From positions 1,824,001 through 1,888,000 of the forward strand of contig CAXXKJ010000002.1 in assembly GCA_963675295.2 (NCBI GenBank): a DNA stretch of 64,000 nucleotides, written 5' to 3'. Of this stretch, positions 54,341-64,000 are shown piece after piece; within the stretch, counting starts at the first letter, position 1; each line of letters begins with the position of its first letter. Under the pieces are notes generated by a model. The model saw nothing but the letters and a program-made list of their open reading frames with translations. It searched no databases and was not told where the DNA came from. The position numbers and the translations under genes were made by a program. The DNA comes from a bacterium (GTDB lineage Bacteria; Electryoneota; Electryoneia; Electryoneales; Electryoneaceae).

Positions 54341-55752
54341 TCAGCACCGGAATGCTGGAAACCGCCGGGATTCGTGTCGTCGGCAACTGGGATGAGTGGC
54401 TGCCGCCTGTGAAGATCGACTCGCGTCAGCTCGAGAACGGTGACCTGTTCTGGGCGTTGCCGGGCGAGCGGGTGGATGGCCATGACTACGTCGCCACCGC
54501 ATTCGAGGCCGGTGCGAAGATCTGTGCGGTGAGTGAGGATTGGGCGACGCAGTACGCCGGTTCGTTGCGTGAGAACGCGATCCTGTTCGTGATGCCGGAT
54601 ACGTTGAAGGGGCTACAGGCGCTGGCGATGGAAACGCGACGCTCGCTGGGTGCGCAGACCATCGCGCTGACTGGTTCCAACGGCAAGACGACGACCAGGG
54701 AGCTGCTGGTCGCCGGGTTGAAGACACTCGGTCGTGTTTCCGCAACGAAGGGCAACTTCAACAACCATATCGGGCTGCCGTTGACGATCCTCAATGCGAC
54801 CGGCGACGAAGAATACCTCGTTCTCGAGATGGGCGCGAACCACGTCGGCGAAATCGACTTCCTTTGCCAGATCGGGCACCCGGAATCGGGGCTGATCACC
54901 AACATCGGCGACGCGCATGTCGGCGAGTTCGGCGGGTTCGAGATGCTGCAGAAGGCGAAGGGCGAGCTGTTCGACTTCCTCGCGGGCAACAAGGGCCTGG
55001 CGCTGGTCAATCTCGACGATGAGCGCGTGGTCGAAGTCGCGACGAAGGTGACACGCAAGGCCGGCTACACGCTCGGCCTCGGCCGTATCCCGGAAGACTG
55101 GACACACAGCCTCTACTTCGGCGAAGTGGTCGGGCAGGACGGCTGGTCGCGCAGCACGATCCGCATCGAGGGTGAAGAAGTGACGCTGAAGCTGATCGGC
55201 GCGCACTGGGCCCGGGCGGCGCTGGCCGCGGCGGCGATGGTGATGGAGCTGGGCGGGGAAACGTCGCAGGTGGTTCCGGCGCTGGCGAGCGTTGAGGCAT
55301 TGCCAGGACGCGGTCATGTGATCGAGCTAGGCGATGGCGTTGAGCTGCTGGACGACAGCTACAACGCGAACGTGGCGTCGATTGAGGCGGCGGTGCGGAC
55401 GCTGGTCAACCGTGAGGGGACTCGGATCGCTGTCATCGGCGATGTGATGGAGCTTGGGGAGTTCGAGGAAGACGAACACCGTCGCATCGGCCGGATACCG
55501 GACTTTGACGCGGTGGATCACCTCGTGTTTGTCGGGGAACGCATGAGCTGGGCGGCGGAAGAGGCGACGCTGCTCGGACATCCGTCGGTGCGGGCGTTTG
55601 TTGAAGCGTCACCGCTCGAGATCGCGCAACACGTTGCCTCGCTGCTTGAACCGAACGCTGGAATCCTGGTCAAGGGCTCGCGAAAGGTTGGGCTCGAGCG
55701 GGTGGTTGACGCGCTGCGTGACCCGGACATGGAAGCTGGGGAGGGGCATTGA
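54334..55752 (+). CDS. murF: UDP-MurNAc-tripeptide:D-Ala-D-Ala ligase
   Basis: DSR, DGHDY, TGSNGKTTT, NFNNHIGLP, EMGANH.GEI, DDSYNAN, KGSR. Confidence 0.95.
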   Translation: MLISTGMLETAGIRVVGNWDEWLPPVKIDSRQLENGDLFWALPGERVDGHDYVATAFEAGAKICAVSEDWATQYAGSLRENAILFVMPDTLKGLQALAMETRRSLGAQTIALTGSNGKTTTRELLVAGLKTLGRVSATKGNFNNHIGLPLTILNATGDEEYLVLEMGANHVGEIDFLCQIGHPESGLITNIGDAHVGEFGGFEMLQKAKGELFDFLAGNKGLALVNLDDERVVEVATKVTRKAGYTLGLGRIPEDWTHSLYFGEVVGQDGWSRSTIRIEGEEVTLKLIGAHWARAALAAAAMVMELGGETSQVVPALASVEALPGRGHVIELGDGVELLDDSYNANVASIEAAVRTLVNREGTRIAVIGDVMELGEFEEDEHRRIGRIPDFDAVDHLVFVGERMSWAAEEATLLGHPSVRAFVEASPLEIAQHVASLLEPNAGILVKGSRKVGLERVVDALRDPDMEAGEGH

Positions 55753-57161
55753 TGAACTCGATGTTTTCCAGCGAAGAGCTGCAGGGGGAAGCTGTCCTCG
55801 TGCTCGGGGCGAGCCGCAGCGGCATGGCGGCCGCACGCCTGCTGCATGAGGCCGGGGCAAATGTCTTCGTCAGCGAAATCCGTGATGCCGACAAGGTCGA
55901 GTCCGCCGCAGCCGAGTTGGATGCATTGGGAATTCCGCTGGAAACCGGCGGTCATCGGCTCAAGGGTTTCCCGATCCCGCGGTTCGCGGTAGTCAGCCCG
56001 GGGATTCCGAGCAACGCACCGATCGTGCACCGCCTGAAGCAGGAAGGCCGGCAGGTCGTCAGTGAGGTCGAGGTCGCGAGCTGGTTCTACTACGGCACGA
56101 TCATCGCCATCACCGGCAGCAACGGGAAGACGACGGTCACCCGTTGGATCGAGCACACGTTGTGCCAGGCGGACTTGAACGCCGTCGCCTGCGGAAATAT
56201 CGGCTATCCGTTCTGTGACATGGTGCGGGAAAAACGGCGGGTGACGCACGCCGTCGTCGAGGTTTCCAGCTTCCAGCTCGAGACGATTCAACGGTTTCAT
56301 CCGCATGTCTCGGTGATGACGAATCTCAGCGAGGACCATCTCGACCGGCACGGCGATTTCGAATCGTACGCCAAGGCGAAGTCGCGGATCTGGATGAACC
56401 AGAAGGAAGAAGATTTCACCGTTCTGCCGGAAACGGACAAGATGATCGCCTCGATTTCGCTTTCGATCCGTCCGCAGATCCTGAATGTGTCGCTGGATCG
56501 TGTACCGGAATTGGGCGCGGGGGTGCATGACGGTCAGATCTGGATCAATCTCGGCGGTTCGAACCGGGAGCGCGTGATGGCGGTGGACGAGTTACCGATC
56601 CCGGGCCGTCACAACATTGCGAATGCGTTGTGCGCGGCTGCCGCATGCCGGATTCTGAAACTGTCGGTGGATGAGATCAAGCAGGGGCTGGCGACGTTTG
56701 CGGGTGTGCCGCATCGGCTGGAGGTGGTTCACAACAACGGGCGGCTGTGGATCAACGACAGCAAGGCGACCAACGTTGACAGCCTGCGTGTCGCGCTGGA
56801 AGCGGTTCGCGCGCCGGTGATCCTGATCGCGGGGGGGCGTGACAAGGGCGCGCCCTACGTACCCCTGCGGCAGTTGATCAAGGACAAGGTGTCGCGGATG
56901 CTGCTGATTGGCGAGGGCGCGAGCCGGTTGGACGAAGAGCTGGGCGATTTGCTGCCGACAAAGCGTGTTGGTGATCTGGAATCGGCGGTGAAGGAAGCGT
57001 ACGCTACCGCGCAGCCGGGTGAAACAGTGTTGCTCAGCCCGGGTTGCGCCAGTTTTGACCAGTTCCGCGACTACGAACAGCGTGGTGATGTGTTCCGCGA
57101 ACTGGTGGATCAGGTTCACGCCGGGCATAACGAAGCGGCGACGGGAGAAAAGACCGCATGA
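55752..57161 (+). CDS. murD: UDP-MurNAc-L-Ala:D-Glu ligase
   Basis: VVSPGI, ITGSNGKTT, GNIG, EVSSFQLE, DHLDRH, PHRLE, NDSKATN, LSPGCASFDQF. Confidence 0.96.
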   Translation: MNSMFSSEELQGEAVLVLGASRSGMAAARLLHEAGANVFVSEIRDADKVESAAAELDALGIPLETGGHRLKGFPIPRFAVVSPGIPSNAPIVHRLKQEGRQVVSEVEVASWFYYGTIIAITGSNGKTTVTRWIEHTLCQADLNAVACGNIGYPFCDMVREKRRVTHAVVEVSSFQLETIQRFHPHVSVMTNLSEDHLDRHGDFESYAKAKSRIWMNQKEEDFTVLPETDKMIASISLSIRPQILNVSLDRVPELGAGVHDGQIWINLGGSNRERVMAVDELPIPGRHNIANALCAAAACRILKLSVDEIKQGLATFAGVPHRLEVVHNNGRLWINDSKATNVDSLRVALEAVRAPVILIAGGRDKGAPYVPLRQLIKDKVSRMLLIGEGASRLDEELGDLLPTKRVGDLESAVKEAYATAQPGETVLLSPGCASFDQFRDYEQRGDVFRELVDQVHAGHNEAATGEKTA

Positions 57162-58402
57162 GTCGTGTGGCCACACAAACCGCATCCACTCGCGAGAAGC
57201 CGGCGCGCCGTACCTACACCACGTTGCTGGTGCTGGTGTTGACGCTGACCGTGCTCGGCCTGCTGGCCGTGTACACGGCGGGCAGCGAGTTGTCGGAGCG
57301 GTCGTACGGTGGCAACCCGGCGTACCTGTTCCTCGAACAGGCGAAACGTGCGCTGATCGGTGTGGCGATCATGCTGCTGCTCGCGCGCGTTCCTTATAAA
57401 GTGTGGAAATTGGCGGCGATCCCGGGTGTGGTCGTCGCGGCGGGATTCCTGGTACTGGTGGCAATGGACACGCCGCTGGCGGTGACGGTTAACGGCGCAA
57501 CGCGCTGGGTGCGGTTGGGATCGTTCCAGTTCCAGCCGTCGGAGCTGGCCCGGTACGCCGTAGTGCTGTTTATCGCCTGGTGGGGGTGGTTACGCGGACG
57601 TGAGATCCAGGACCTGAGCAAGGGTTTTCTGCCGGTGCTGGGGGTGATCGTAACCCTGACCACGCTGATCGTGTGGCAGCCGGACTTTTCGACGGCGGCG
57701 ATGTTGATGGCGACCAGCCTCGTCCTGCTGTTCATCACCGGCGCGAAGTTCTGGCACATCAGCTCGTTGATCCTGCCGGGTGTTGCGGCGGCGGTGGCGA
57801 TTGTGATCAAGTCGCCGTACAAGCTGGACCGTATCAAGGTGCTGTTGAATCCGGCGGCCGATCCGACCGGCGGCGGCTACCAGTTGATTCAGTCGTTTAC
57901 CGGGATGGGACGCGGTGGCATTCTCGGTGTCGGCCCGGGCGGCAGCCGGCAGAAAATGTTCTTCCTGCCGGAGGCGCACACCGACTTCATCTACGCCATC
58001 ATCGGCGAGGAATTCGGGCTGATCGGGACATTGGCGCTGCTGTTCCTGTTCCTGTTGCTGATTTACACCGGGCTGAAAATCGCCCGGCGCAGCCCGGAAC
58101 CGTTTGGCGCATACCTCGCGGCCGGCATCACACTCAGCGTCGGCTTTTACGCGCTGGCGAACATGGCAGTCACGGTTGGCGTGTTGCCACCGACCGGTTT
58201 GCCGCTGCCGTTGATCAGTTACGGCGGAACATCACTGCTGATGACGCTGGCGGCGTTGGGCATTCTGTTGAACATCGCGCGCACGGTGGATGCCGAACCG
58301 CAGGCGATCCCGGCACGAAAGATGAATCAGGCGCCAAAACGTACCACGACGCCAACACGGACGCGCACCGCGACAGCAACGAGGAGAAGGGCGACAGCGT
58401 GA
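57158..58402 (+). CDS. ftsW: SEDS peptidoglycan glycosyltransferase FtsW
   Basis: NGATRW, FQPSE, QPDF, LPEAHTDF, GEEFG, PLISYGGTS. Confidence 0.95.
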   Translation: MSRVATQTASTREKPARRTYTTLLVLVLTLTVLGLLAVYTAGSELSERSYGGNPAYLFLEQAKRALIGVAIMLLLARVPYKVWKLAAIPGVVVAAGFLVLVAMDTPLAVTVNGATRWVRLGSFQFQPSELARYAVVLFIAWWGWLRGREIQDLSKGFLPVLGVIVTLTTLIVWQPDFSTAAMLMATSLVLLFITGAKFWHISSLILPGVAAAVAIVIKSPYKLDRIKVLLNPAADPTGGGYQLIQSFTGMGRGGILGVGPGGSRQKMFFLPEAHTDFIYAIIGEEFGLIGTLALLFLFLLLIYTGLKIARRSPEPFGAYLAAGITLSVGFYALANMAVTVGVLPPTGLPLPLISYGGTSLLMTLAALGILLNIARTVDAEPQAIPARKMNQAPKRTTTPTRTRTATATRRRATA

Positions 58403-59793
58403 CCCTGCTGAACCGAAATATCGGCCGGTTGCATTTCATCGGCATTGGCGGCATCGGGATGAGCGGCATTGCCGAGATCCTCGTGCGGCAGGGGTTCACC
58501 GTGTCCGGCAGCGACCTGAGCACCAGCGAGGTGACACGTCACCTGGAATCGCTCGGCGTGACGGTCACGCAGGGGCATGATCCGGCGCATGTGGAAGGCG
58601 CGCAGGCGGTTGTTTACAGCAGCGCGGTGAGCGAGACGAATCCGGAACGAGTACGCGCGAAGGAGCTGGGCATTCCGGTGATTCGCCGAGCGGAGATGCT
58701 GGCCGAATTGATGCGGATGAAGACCGGCATCGCGATCGCGGGCACGCACGGCAAGACGACGACCACGTCGCTGGTGGGCACCGTGCTGACACGCGCGGGG
58801 CTGGATCCGACGGTGATCGTCGGCGGCATGGTCCGTGATATGGACACCAACGCGCGTCTGGGTTCGGGCGAATGGATGGTGGTCGAGGCGGACGAATACG
58901 ACCGCAGTTTCCTCAAGCTGACACCGTCGATCGCGATCATGACCATCGTCGAGGCGGAACACCTCGACACGTATGGCACCATCGAAAATCTGCGCGACGC
59001 CTTCGCCGCCTTTGCCAACTCCGTCCCGTTTTACGGGCGGGTGATCATCTGCGCAGACGATCTGGAATTGTCCGAGCTGCGCAAGCGGATTGAACGCCCG
59101 GTGCGGACCTACGGCTTTGCCGACGGTGCGGACGTGCATGGTGTGGACGTCGAACTTGGATTGACAAGCAAGTGTCGTGTCGTGGCGAACGGACACGATC
59201 TCGGAATCATCGAGCTTCCGCTGGCCGGCCGGCACAACCTGTCGAACGCGCTGGCGGCGGTTACCGCCGGGCTGGAGCTGGATATCCCGTTCGCGAAGAT
59301 CAGCGAGGCCTTGGGCCAGTTCCGTGGCGTGCGGCGCCGATTCGATTTGCGCGGTGAACGGGGTGGAGTGCTGGTCTTTGACGATTACGCGCATCATCCG
59401 ACCGAGGTCGGCGTGACGTTGCGCGCGGCGAAGGACGCCTATCCGGATCGTCCGGTGGTGGCGTTGTTCCAGCCGCACCTGTTCAGCCGGACACAGCGCT
59501 TCTATGCCGAATTCGCAGATGCGCTGGCGTTGGCGGACCGGGTGATTGTGACTGATGTCTATCCGGCACGTGAGGAGCCGATTGAGGGCGTGACCGGCAA
59601 ACTGGTCGCGGACAGGCTGACGGAAAATGGACATGCGGCGGTGAAGTACGTGCCCCGATTCCAGGATATCGCCCCGGCAGTGATGGAATCACTGACCGGC
59701 AACGAGATGATAATCACACTTGGAGCGGGGAATATTTACCGCGCGTCCAACGAGCTGCTCAGCCTGCTGGCCGGGTGTGAGGGGGACGCATGA
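58399..59793 (+). CDS. murC: UDP-MurNAc:L-Ala ligase
   Basis: HFIGIGGIGMSG, GTHGKTTT, EADEYD, DDYAHHPTE, FQPH; GTG start overlaps the ftsW stop. Confidence 0.96.
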   Translation: MTLLNRNIGRLHFIGIGGIGMSGIAEILVRQGFTVSGSDLSTSEVTRHLESLGVTVTQGHDPAHVEGAQAVVYSSAVSETNPERVRAKELGIPVIRRAEMLAELMRMKTGIAIAGTHGKTTTTSLVGTVLTRAGLDPTVIVGGMVRDMDTNARLGSGEWMVVEADEYDRSFLKLTPSIAIMTIVEAEHLDTYGTIENLRDAFAAFANSVPFYGRVIICADDLELSELRKRIERPVRTYGFADGADVHGVDVELGLTSKCRVVANGHDLGIIELPLAGRHNLSNALAAVTAGLELDIPFAKISEALGQFRGVRRRFDLRGERGGVLVFDDYAHHPTEVGVTLRAAKDAYPDRPVVALFQPHLFSRTQRFYAEFADALALADRVIVTDVYPAREEPIEGVTGKLVADRLTENGHAAVKYVPRFQDIAPAVMESLTGNEMIITLGAGNIYRASNELLSLLAGCEGDA

Positions 59794-60713
59794 CCGACTG
59801 GACGCGCATCGCCGAACGTCTGGAAACGGCCGCGCCTGGTTGTGTCAAGCGGGACGTCGTGCTCGCGCCGTACACCAGCTACACCATCGGCGGCCCGTCA
59901 CGGTTATTCGTCGAACCGACCGAAGCGAGTCAAGTCGGAAAGATCCTGGAAGTACTGGACGCGGAGAAGGTTGAACCGCTGCTGCTCGGTGGCGGCAGCA
60001 ACATGCTGATCGCGGATACCGGTTGGGACGGTGTGACGCTGCACATCGGGAATCGGTTGTCCGGCTGGTCTTTCGAAGGCGATGCGGCGGAAGTGAACGC
60101 CGGCACGAACCTGCTCGATTTCATTCGCGCCGCGGTCAATCGTGGGCTTGGCGGCATGGAGTTGATGGCGGGCATTCCCGGCAGTGTCGGGGGTGCGTTG
60201 CGGATGAACGCCGGCGCGTTCGGTCAGGAAATCGAAGGTGCGGTGGTTAAGGTTCGCGGGTTCTTCCCGGATGGGGCAGAGGTCGCGTTGGGGCGGACGG
60301 CGATTGAGTTCGGCTACCGGTCCGCGCCGGAATTACAGCAGGTGATAATCACGTCGGCGCGGTTCGAATTCTCGAAAGAGGATCCGAAAGTGCTGACCGA
60401 CCGGATGGACGATGTATTGCGGATGCGGAAAACGAAGCAGCCGTTGGAATTTCCTTCCTGCGGCAGCGTCTTCAAGCGTCCTCCCGGATACTACGCCGGC
60501 GCGTTGATCGAGGAAGTCGGGATAAAGGGAAAGGTGCATGGGCGTGCACAGGTCTCGACAAAACACGCCGGATTCATTGTCAACCTTGGCGGTGCGACCG
60601 CAGTTCAGGTGCGCGAGTTGATCGAGCTGGTCGCCGCGAAGGTGAAAGAACGATTTGGGGTTGAGCTCGAACGTGAAGTCAAGCTGATCGGCTTTGACGA
60701 CGTGCGGGAATGA
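59790..60713 (+). CDS. murB: UDP-N-acetylenolpyruvoylglucosamine reductase
   Basis: IGGP, LGGGSN, GIPGSVGGA..MNAGAFG, FGYRS, SCGSVFK, KHAGFIVN, LEREV. Confidence 0.95.
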   Translation: MTDWTRIAERLETAAPGCVKRDVVLAPYTSYTIGGPSRLFVEPTEASQVGKILEVLDAEKVEPLLLGGGSNMLIADTGWDGVTLHIGNRLSGWSFEGDAAEVNAGTNLLDFIRAAVNRGLGGMELMAGIPGSVGGALRMNAGAFGQEIEGAVVKVRGFFPDGAEVALGRTAIEFGYRSAPELQQVIITSARFEFSKEDPKVLTDRMDDVLRMRKTKQPLEFPSCGSVFKRPPGYYAGALIEEVGIKGKVHGRAQVSTKHAGFIVNLGGATAVQVRELIELVAAKVKERFGVELEREVKLIGFDDVRE

Positions 60714-60729
60714 TGGGCAGAGGGGGCTG

Positions 60730-61815
60730 ATGAGTCCGAACCGATCCACCTATCGAGGGCGAGTGCGGATGCCGTCCCGGCCGATGAATGACCGTGGCGG
60801 AGCGCGCAGCCAGTACAGCGGGTCGATGGCGTCCAGCGGCGGCAAACGGCGGCGTCCACGCAAACCGCGGAAGATCGGGCGCAAGATTCTGGCGTTGCTG
60901 GTACTCGGAGTGATCGTGTGGTATGCGCGTGAAGATATCGTGAGCACCGTTCGCGGCTGGGTCGGCATGCCGGCCGGGGAAGCCACGGCGGATGTCATCG
61001 GTGATTCCGCCGCGACGGCCGAGTCCGAGGCGGACGCCACGCAGAGCGATACGCGCCATACCGAACCCGCCGGGATCGAGGCTGAACATGACAGCGTCGC
61101 CCGTGCTGGAGTATTGAACCGGGCCGGAGATTGGCTCGAGGATCGGTTGGCGAACGTTTTCCAGGTCAAGTCAATTGAACTGGAAGGTCAGCGATCGCTG
61201 CAGGAAACGGAACTGCGCGAGGGGTTGGATTCGTTGCAGGGATCGCCATTGCTCGAGGTCGACCCGCGTCAGATCGCAGACTCGCTACGCAAGCATCCAC
61301 GCATCAAGGACGCCGTGATTGGCCGCCAATTTCCGAGCACGGTCAAAGTGACGGTGGAAGAACGCCGTGAAGTCGCGGTGTTGATCAGCAACGGTGGTGT
61401 CTGGGGAATTGACGAAAGCCGTGTTGTGTTGCCGTTGCCGGGACGTGCCTGGCCGCTCGACCTGCCGGTGATCAGCGGGTTGAAGCGGGACCCGGACGCG
61501 GGCTCGACGTTGAACGACGCCGGTGTGACCGCTGCATTGAACTGGGTCAAGGCGGCGAAGAAGCAGCCGCGAGTGCAGGCGTGGTTGTCGGAAATCCACG
61601 TGAATGATGGTCAGATCATCTGGATCGCGGGGCAGGATGGCCGGGTGGTTCTGCCTGGTGAACACCCCGTGATCGCGCAGGTGGCGACGCTGGACGCGTT
61701 CCTCGCGTCCAACGACGTGGAGATGGATGGCAGGAAGATTGTTGATTTGACGTTCCCCGATTACCTCATCCTGCGGGATGAGATGTGGACGGGCAACACG
61801 ACCACGGAAGGCTGA
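60730..61815 (+). CDS. ftsQ: Cell division protein FtsQ/DivIB
   Basis: Basic N-terminus, TM helix, POTRA segment (HPRIK...RQFPSTVKVTVEER), LPVISG; located before ftsA. Confidence 0.82.
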   Translation: MSPNRSTYRGRVRMPSRPMNDRGGARSQYSGSMASSGGKRRRPRKPRKIGRKILALLVLGVIVWYAREDIVSTVRGWVGMPAGEATADVIGDSAATAESEADATQSDTRHTEPAGIEAEHDSVARAGVLNRAGDWLEDRLANVFQVKSIELEGQRSLQETELREGLDSLQGSPLLEVDPRQIADSLRKHPRIKDAVIGRQFPSTVKVTVEERREVAVLISNGGVWGIDESRVVLPLPGRAWPLDLPVISGLKRDPDAGSTLNDAGVTAALNWVKAAKKQPRVQAWLSEIHVNDGQIIWIAGQDGRVVLPGEHPVIAQVATLDAFLASNDVEMDGRKIVDLTFPDYLILRDEMWTGNTTTEG

Positions 61816-61828
61816 GGGAGAGGTTCCC

Positions 61829-63079
61829 ATGGCATCACGCGATATCATCGTCGGGCTGGATCTCGGCACGACCAAGGTGACCACGATCATTGCGGAAGTC
61901 GACGATCAGGGCGCACAACTGATCGGGTTGGGGCACTGTGAGTCGCAGGGCATGCAGCGTGGTGTCGTCATCAACATCGAGAAGACGGTCGAGGCGATCA
62001 AGGAATCGGTGTCCCAGGCTGAACGCATGGCCGGGCTGCAGGTGGAATCGGTGATCGCCGGCATCGCCGGCGACCACATCCACTCGATGAACAGCAAGGG
62101 CGTGATCGCGATCAGCCGCCGGAATGTCAAGGACCGCACCGGCGAGATCACCCAGGCGGATGTGGATCGTGTCGTCGAAGCGGCGAAGGCGGTCAACCTG
62201 CCGATGGACCGGGAAGTGCTGCACGTGCTGCCGCAGGAATTTGCGGTTGACGACCAGAAGCATATCAAGGACCCGATCGGGATGGCGGGCGTTCGCCTCG
62301 AAGCGGATGTCCACATCATCACCGGCCAGGTCGCACTGGCGCAGAACATTTACCGTTGCGTCGAACGCGCTGGAATGCGGGTTCGTGACCTCGTGCTCGA
62401 ACCGCTGGCGTCCAGCTACAGCGTGATCAGCGAGGACGAACGCGACATCGGCGTCGGCCTGTTGGATATGGGTGGCGGCACCAGCGACATCGCCGTCTTC
62501 CACGAAGGTTCGATCCGGATGACGTCGGTGATCGGACTGGGCGGTGAAAATGTGACCCGTGACCTTTCGATCGGGCTGCGGACACCGTTCGACCAGGCCG
62601 AACGGATCAAGCTGGCACATGGACATTGTTACCTGCCGAACGTTGAGCGGCAGGAAGAGGTTGAGATTCCGGGAATTGGCGGCCGTCCGCCGACACGCGT
62701 TTCCCGGCAGCAGATCGCGGAGTTTATCCAACCGCGAATGGAAGAGTTGTTCGAGTTGGCGATGGCGGAAATGCGCAAGGCGAACGTCTGGGAGATGCTC
62801 AATGGCGGCATCGTGCTCACCGGCGGCGCATCCGAGATCGAAGGCGCGGCCGAGCTGGCGCAGGAGATTTTCGAGTTGCCGGTAAAGGTTGGCCAGCCGA
62901 CGGGGCTCGGCGGTTTGATGGAAACCGCCCGCAGCCCGATTTACGCCACCGGCGTGGGCCTCGTTCTGTACGGGCTCGAGGGCCGGGACCCCTTCCTCGC
63001 GATGGAAGGCGCGGATGAATCGACTGTCTTTCGAAAGATACTACGGAGGATGAGAGCATGGTTCGAGGACTTTTTTTGA
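61829..63079 (+). CDS. ftsA: Cell division protein FtsA
   Basis: GLDLGTTK, DPIGMAGVRLE, DMGGGTS, AERIK, GIVLTGG, YATGVGL, amphipathic C-terminus WFEDFF. Confidence 0.96.
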   Translation: MASRDIIVGLDLGTTKVTTIIAEVDDQGAQLIGLGHCESQGMQRGVVINIEKTVEAIKESVSQAERMAGLQVESVIAGIAGDHIHSMNSKGVIAISRRNVKDRTGEITQADVDRVVEAAKAVNLPMDREVLHVLPQEFAVDDQKHIKDPIGMAGVRLEADVHIITGQVALAQNIYRCVERAGMRVRDLVLEPLASSYSVISEDERDIGVGLLDMGGGTSDIAVFHEGSIRMTSVIGLGGENVTRDLSIGLRTPFDQAERIKLAHGHCYLPNVERQEEVEIPGIGGRPPTRVSRQQIAEFIQPRMEELFELAMAEMRKANVWEMLNGGIVLTGGASEIEGAAELAQEIFELPVKVGQPTGLGGLMETARSPIYATGVGLVLYGLEGRDPFLAMEGADESTVFRKILRRMRAWFEDFF

Positions 63080-64000
63080 TGCCGATGGACGGCTCCAGCT
63101 CGCCTGGCGGTGAGGGCTGGAGATCCGGCGATCAGGGGAAACACCGGCGCGACCAATCCGGGCAGTCCTCTAACCACTCGTTTGAGGACGGTTCCGGCCG
63201 TCACGACGATCCTCCGCCACGGCGGTCGGTGGCGGATATTATCGCCGCCTGCGAAGCGCTCGAAAAGCGTGCGAAGGAGATGCAGGAACTGGCGCGCAAG
63301 AAGCCGGAGGTGCCGGAGAAGCAACCGTTGCGTCCGATTGGCAGCGACGGCGACAACGTCCAGACCAACGGTCCGGTCTACCTGACGCATGAGCTTATCG
63401 ACAAGGCCGCGGAGTTGATCTCAAGCTCCAGCGGTGGCGGGAAGCACGTCGTAAAGGACGAACACGCGCTGTCGAGAATCCCGCGTGATGACTTCGCGGC
63501 GATTGGAGAGCCTGGTGAAAGTGGCGATAAGGAAGACAAACCGTCTCGTCTGCGTTTCAGCATGGCACCAACCGAAGCCGAGGCGGACGAGACTCCGGCC
63601 CCACCGGTCCCCGTAGAGACCATCACCGCCGACCAGTATCGCGCGGAAAAGCGGGGCGATAAGGCCATGGCGTCCGAGGCCGATGCTGGCATCGAGGACG
63701 AGGATGAAGTGGACACGGAATCCAGTTCTACCGTTGCATCCGAAGAAACAGTCGATACAGAAGAAGTCGTTGCGGAAGCTGTACAGGAAGATGACGAGGT
63801 AACCGTCAGCGCCGGTGAAGCTGAGGTTGAGGCGGACGCGGACGCCGTTGACGAGTCTGATACAACCGCCGTTGACAGTTCGGCGGACAGCGAGCTTTCG
63901 GTTGAGGCGAATGGGGATCAGCCGGAAGACGAAAAACCAGTTGAGACAACAACGAACACGATACCCGATAATGAGGAGTCGGCCATGAGTGAGAAGCACA
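63079..64000 (+). CDS. Acidic low-complexity ORF, open at the window end (not in the ORF track); possibly an N-terminal extension of FtsZ
   Basis: ATG overlaps the ftsA TGA; no stop over 307 codons (translated by hand); E/D/A/S/T-rich; in-frame GAGGAG + ATG at 63973-63987. Confidence 0.65.
   Translation, partial: MPMDGSSSPGGEGWRSGDQGKHRRDQSGQSSNHSFEDGSGRHDDPPPRRSVADIIAACEALEKRAKEMQELARKKPEVPEKQPLRPIGSDGDNVQTNGPVYLTHELIDKAAELISSSSGGGKHVVKDEHALSRIPRDDFAAIGEPGESGDKEDKPSRLRFSMAPTEAEADETPAPPVPVETITADQYRAEKRGDKAMASEADAGIEDEDEVDTESSSTVASEETVDTEEVVAEAVQEDDEVTVSAGEAEVEADADAVDESDTTAVDSSADSELSVEANGDQPEDEKPVETTTNTIPDNEESAMSEKH

Noticed and set aside
57673-59793. 706-aa ORF suggesting an N-terminally extended MurC, or a hidden MurG
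   Set aside because: The extension is an alternate frame overlapping ftsW with no MurG motifs; the real start is the GTG at 58399

Overview
GC-rich bacterial chromosome segment. It is probably from the FCB superphylum (Calditrichota/Electryoneota-like); this is inferred only from six large secreted proteins with 'YPNP(FN)...GxYF...K' T9SS/FlgD-type C-terminal sorting domains (CTD). From left to right it holds: the end of a two-component/CBS/DASS-transporter operon; UDP-glucuronate decarboxylase; a Sat-APS kinase fusion whose sulfurylase site is degenerate; a probable 6S RNA; LMW-PTP, mce and methionine gamma-lyase; an iron/oxidative-stress cluster (PerR/Fur, four ferritin-like proteins, SOD, IS200, pcm); surface-protein loci; rlmD; an S8 protease; a methyltransferase-like RadC fusion; a second SOD; cobA-hemD; two amino-acid transporters; and a dcw cluster. 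Main observations: (1) a recurring 'small secreted ATLxW protein - strong hairpin - large CTD protein' module at two loci; (2) composite intergenic elements of three palindrome families flanked by polarised TGAG/CTCA heptamer arrays; (3) CTD-coding DNA that behaves like a swappable or homogenised cassette, with poly-G tracts upstream of the AT-rich surface genes; (4) a shared TTAGG-N4-CCTAA (DtxR/MntR-like) operator before both SODs, the ferritin cluster and a lipoprotein; (5) a dcw cluster cleanly lacking both mraY and murG, with a >=300-aa acidic disordered ORF where ftsZ is expected. All calls come from reading motifs by eye; no database searches were run.
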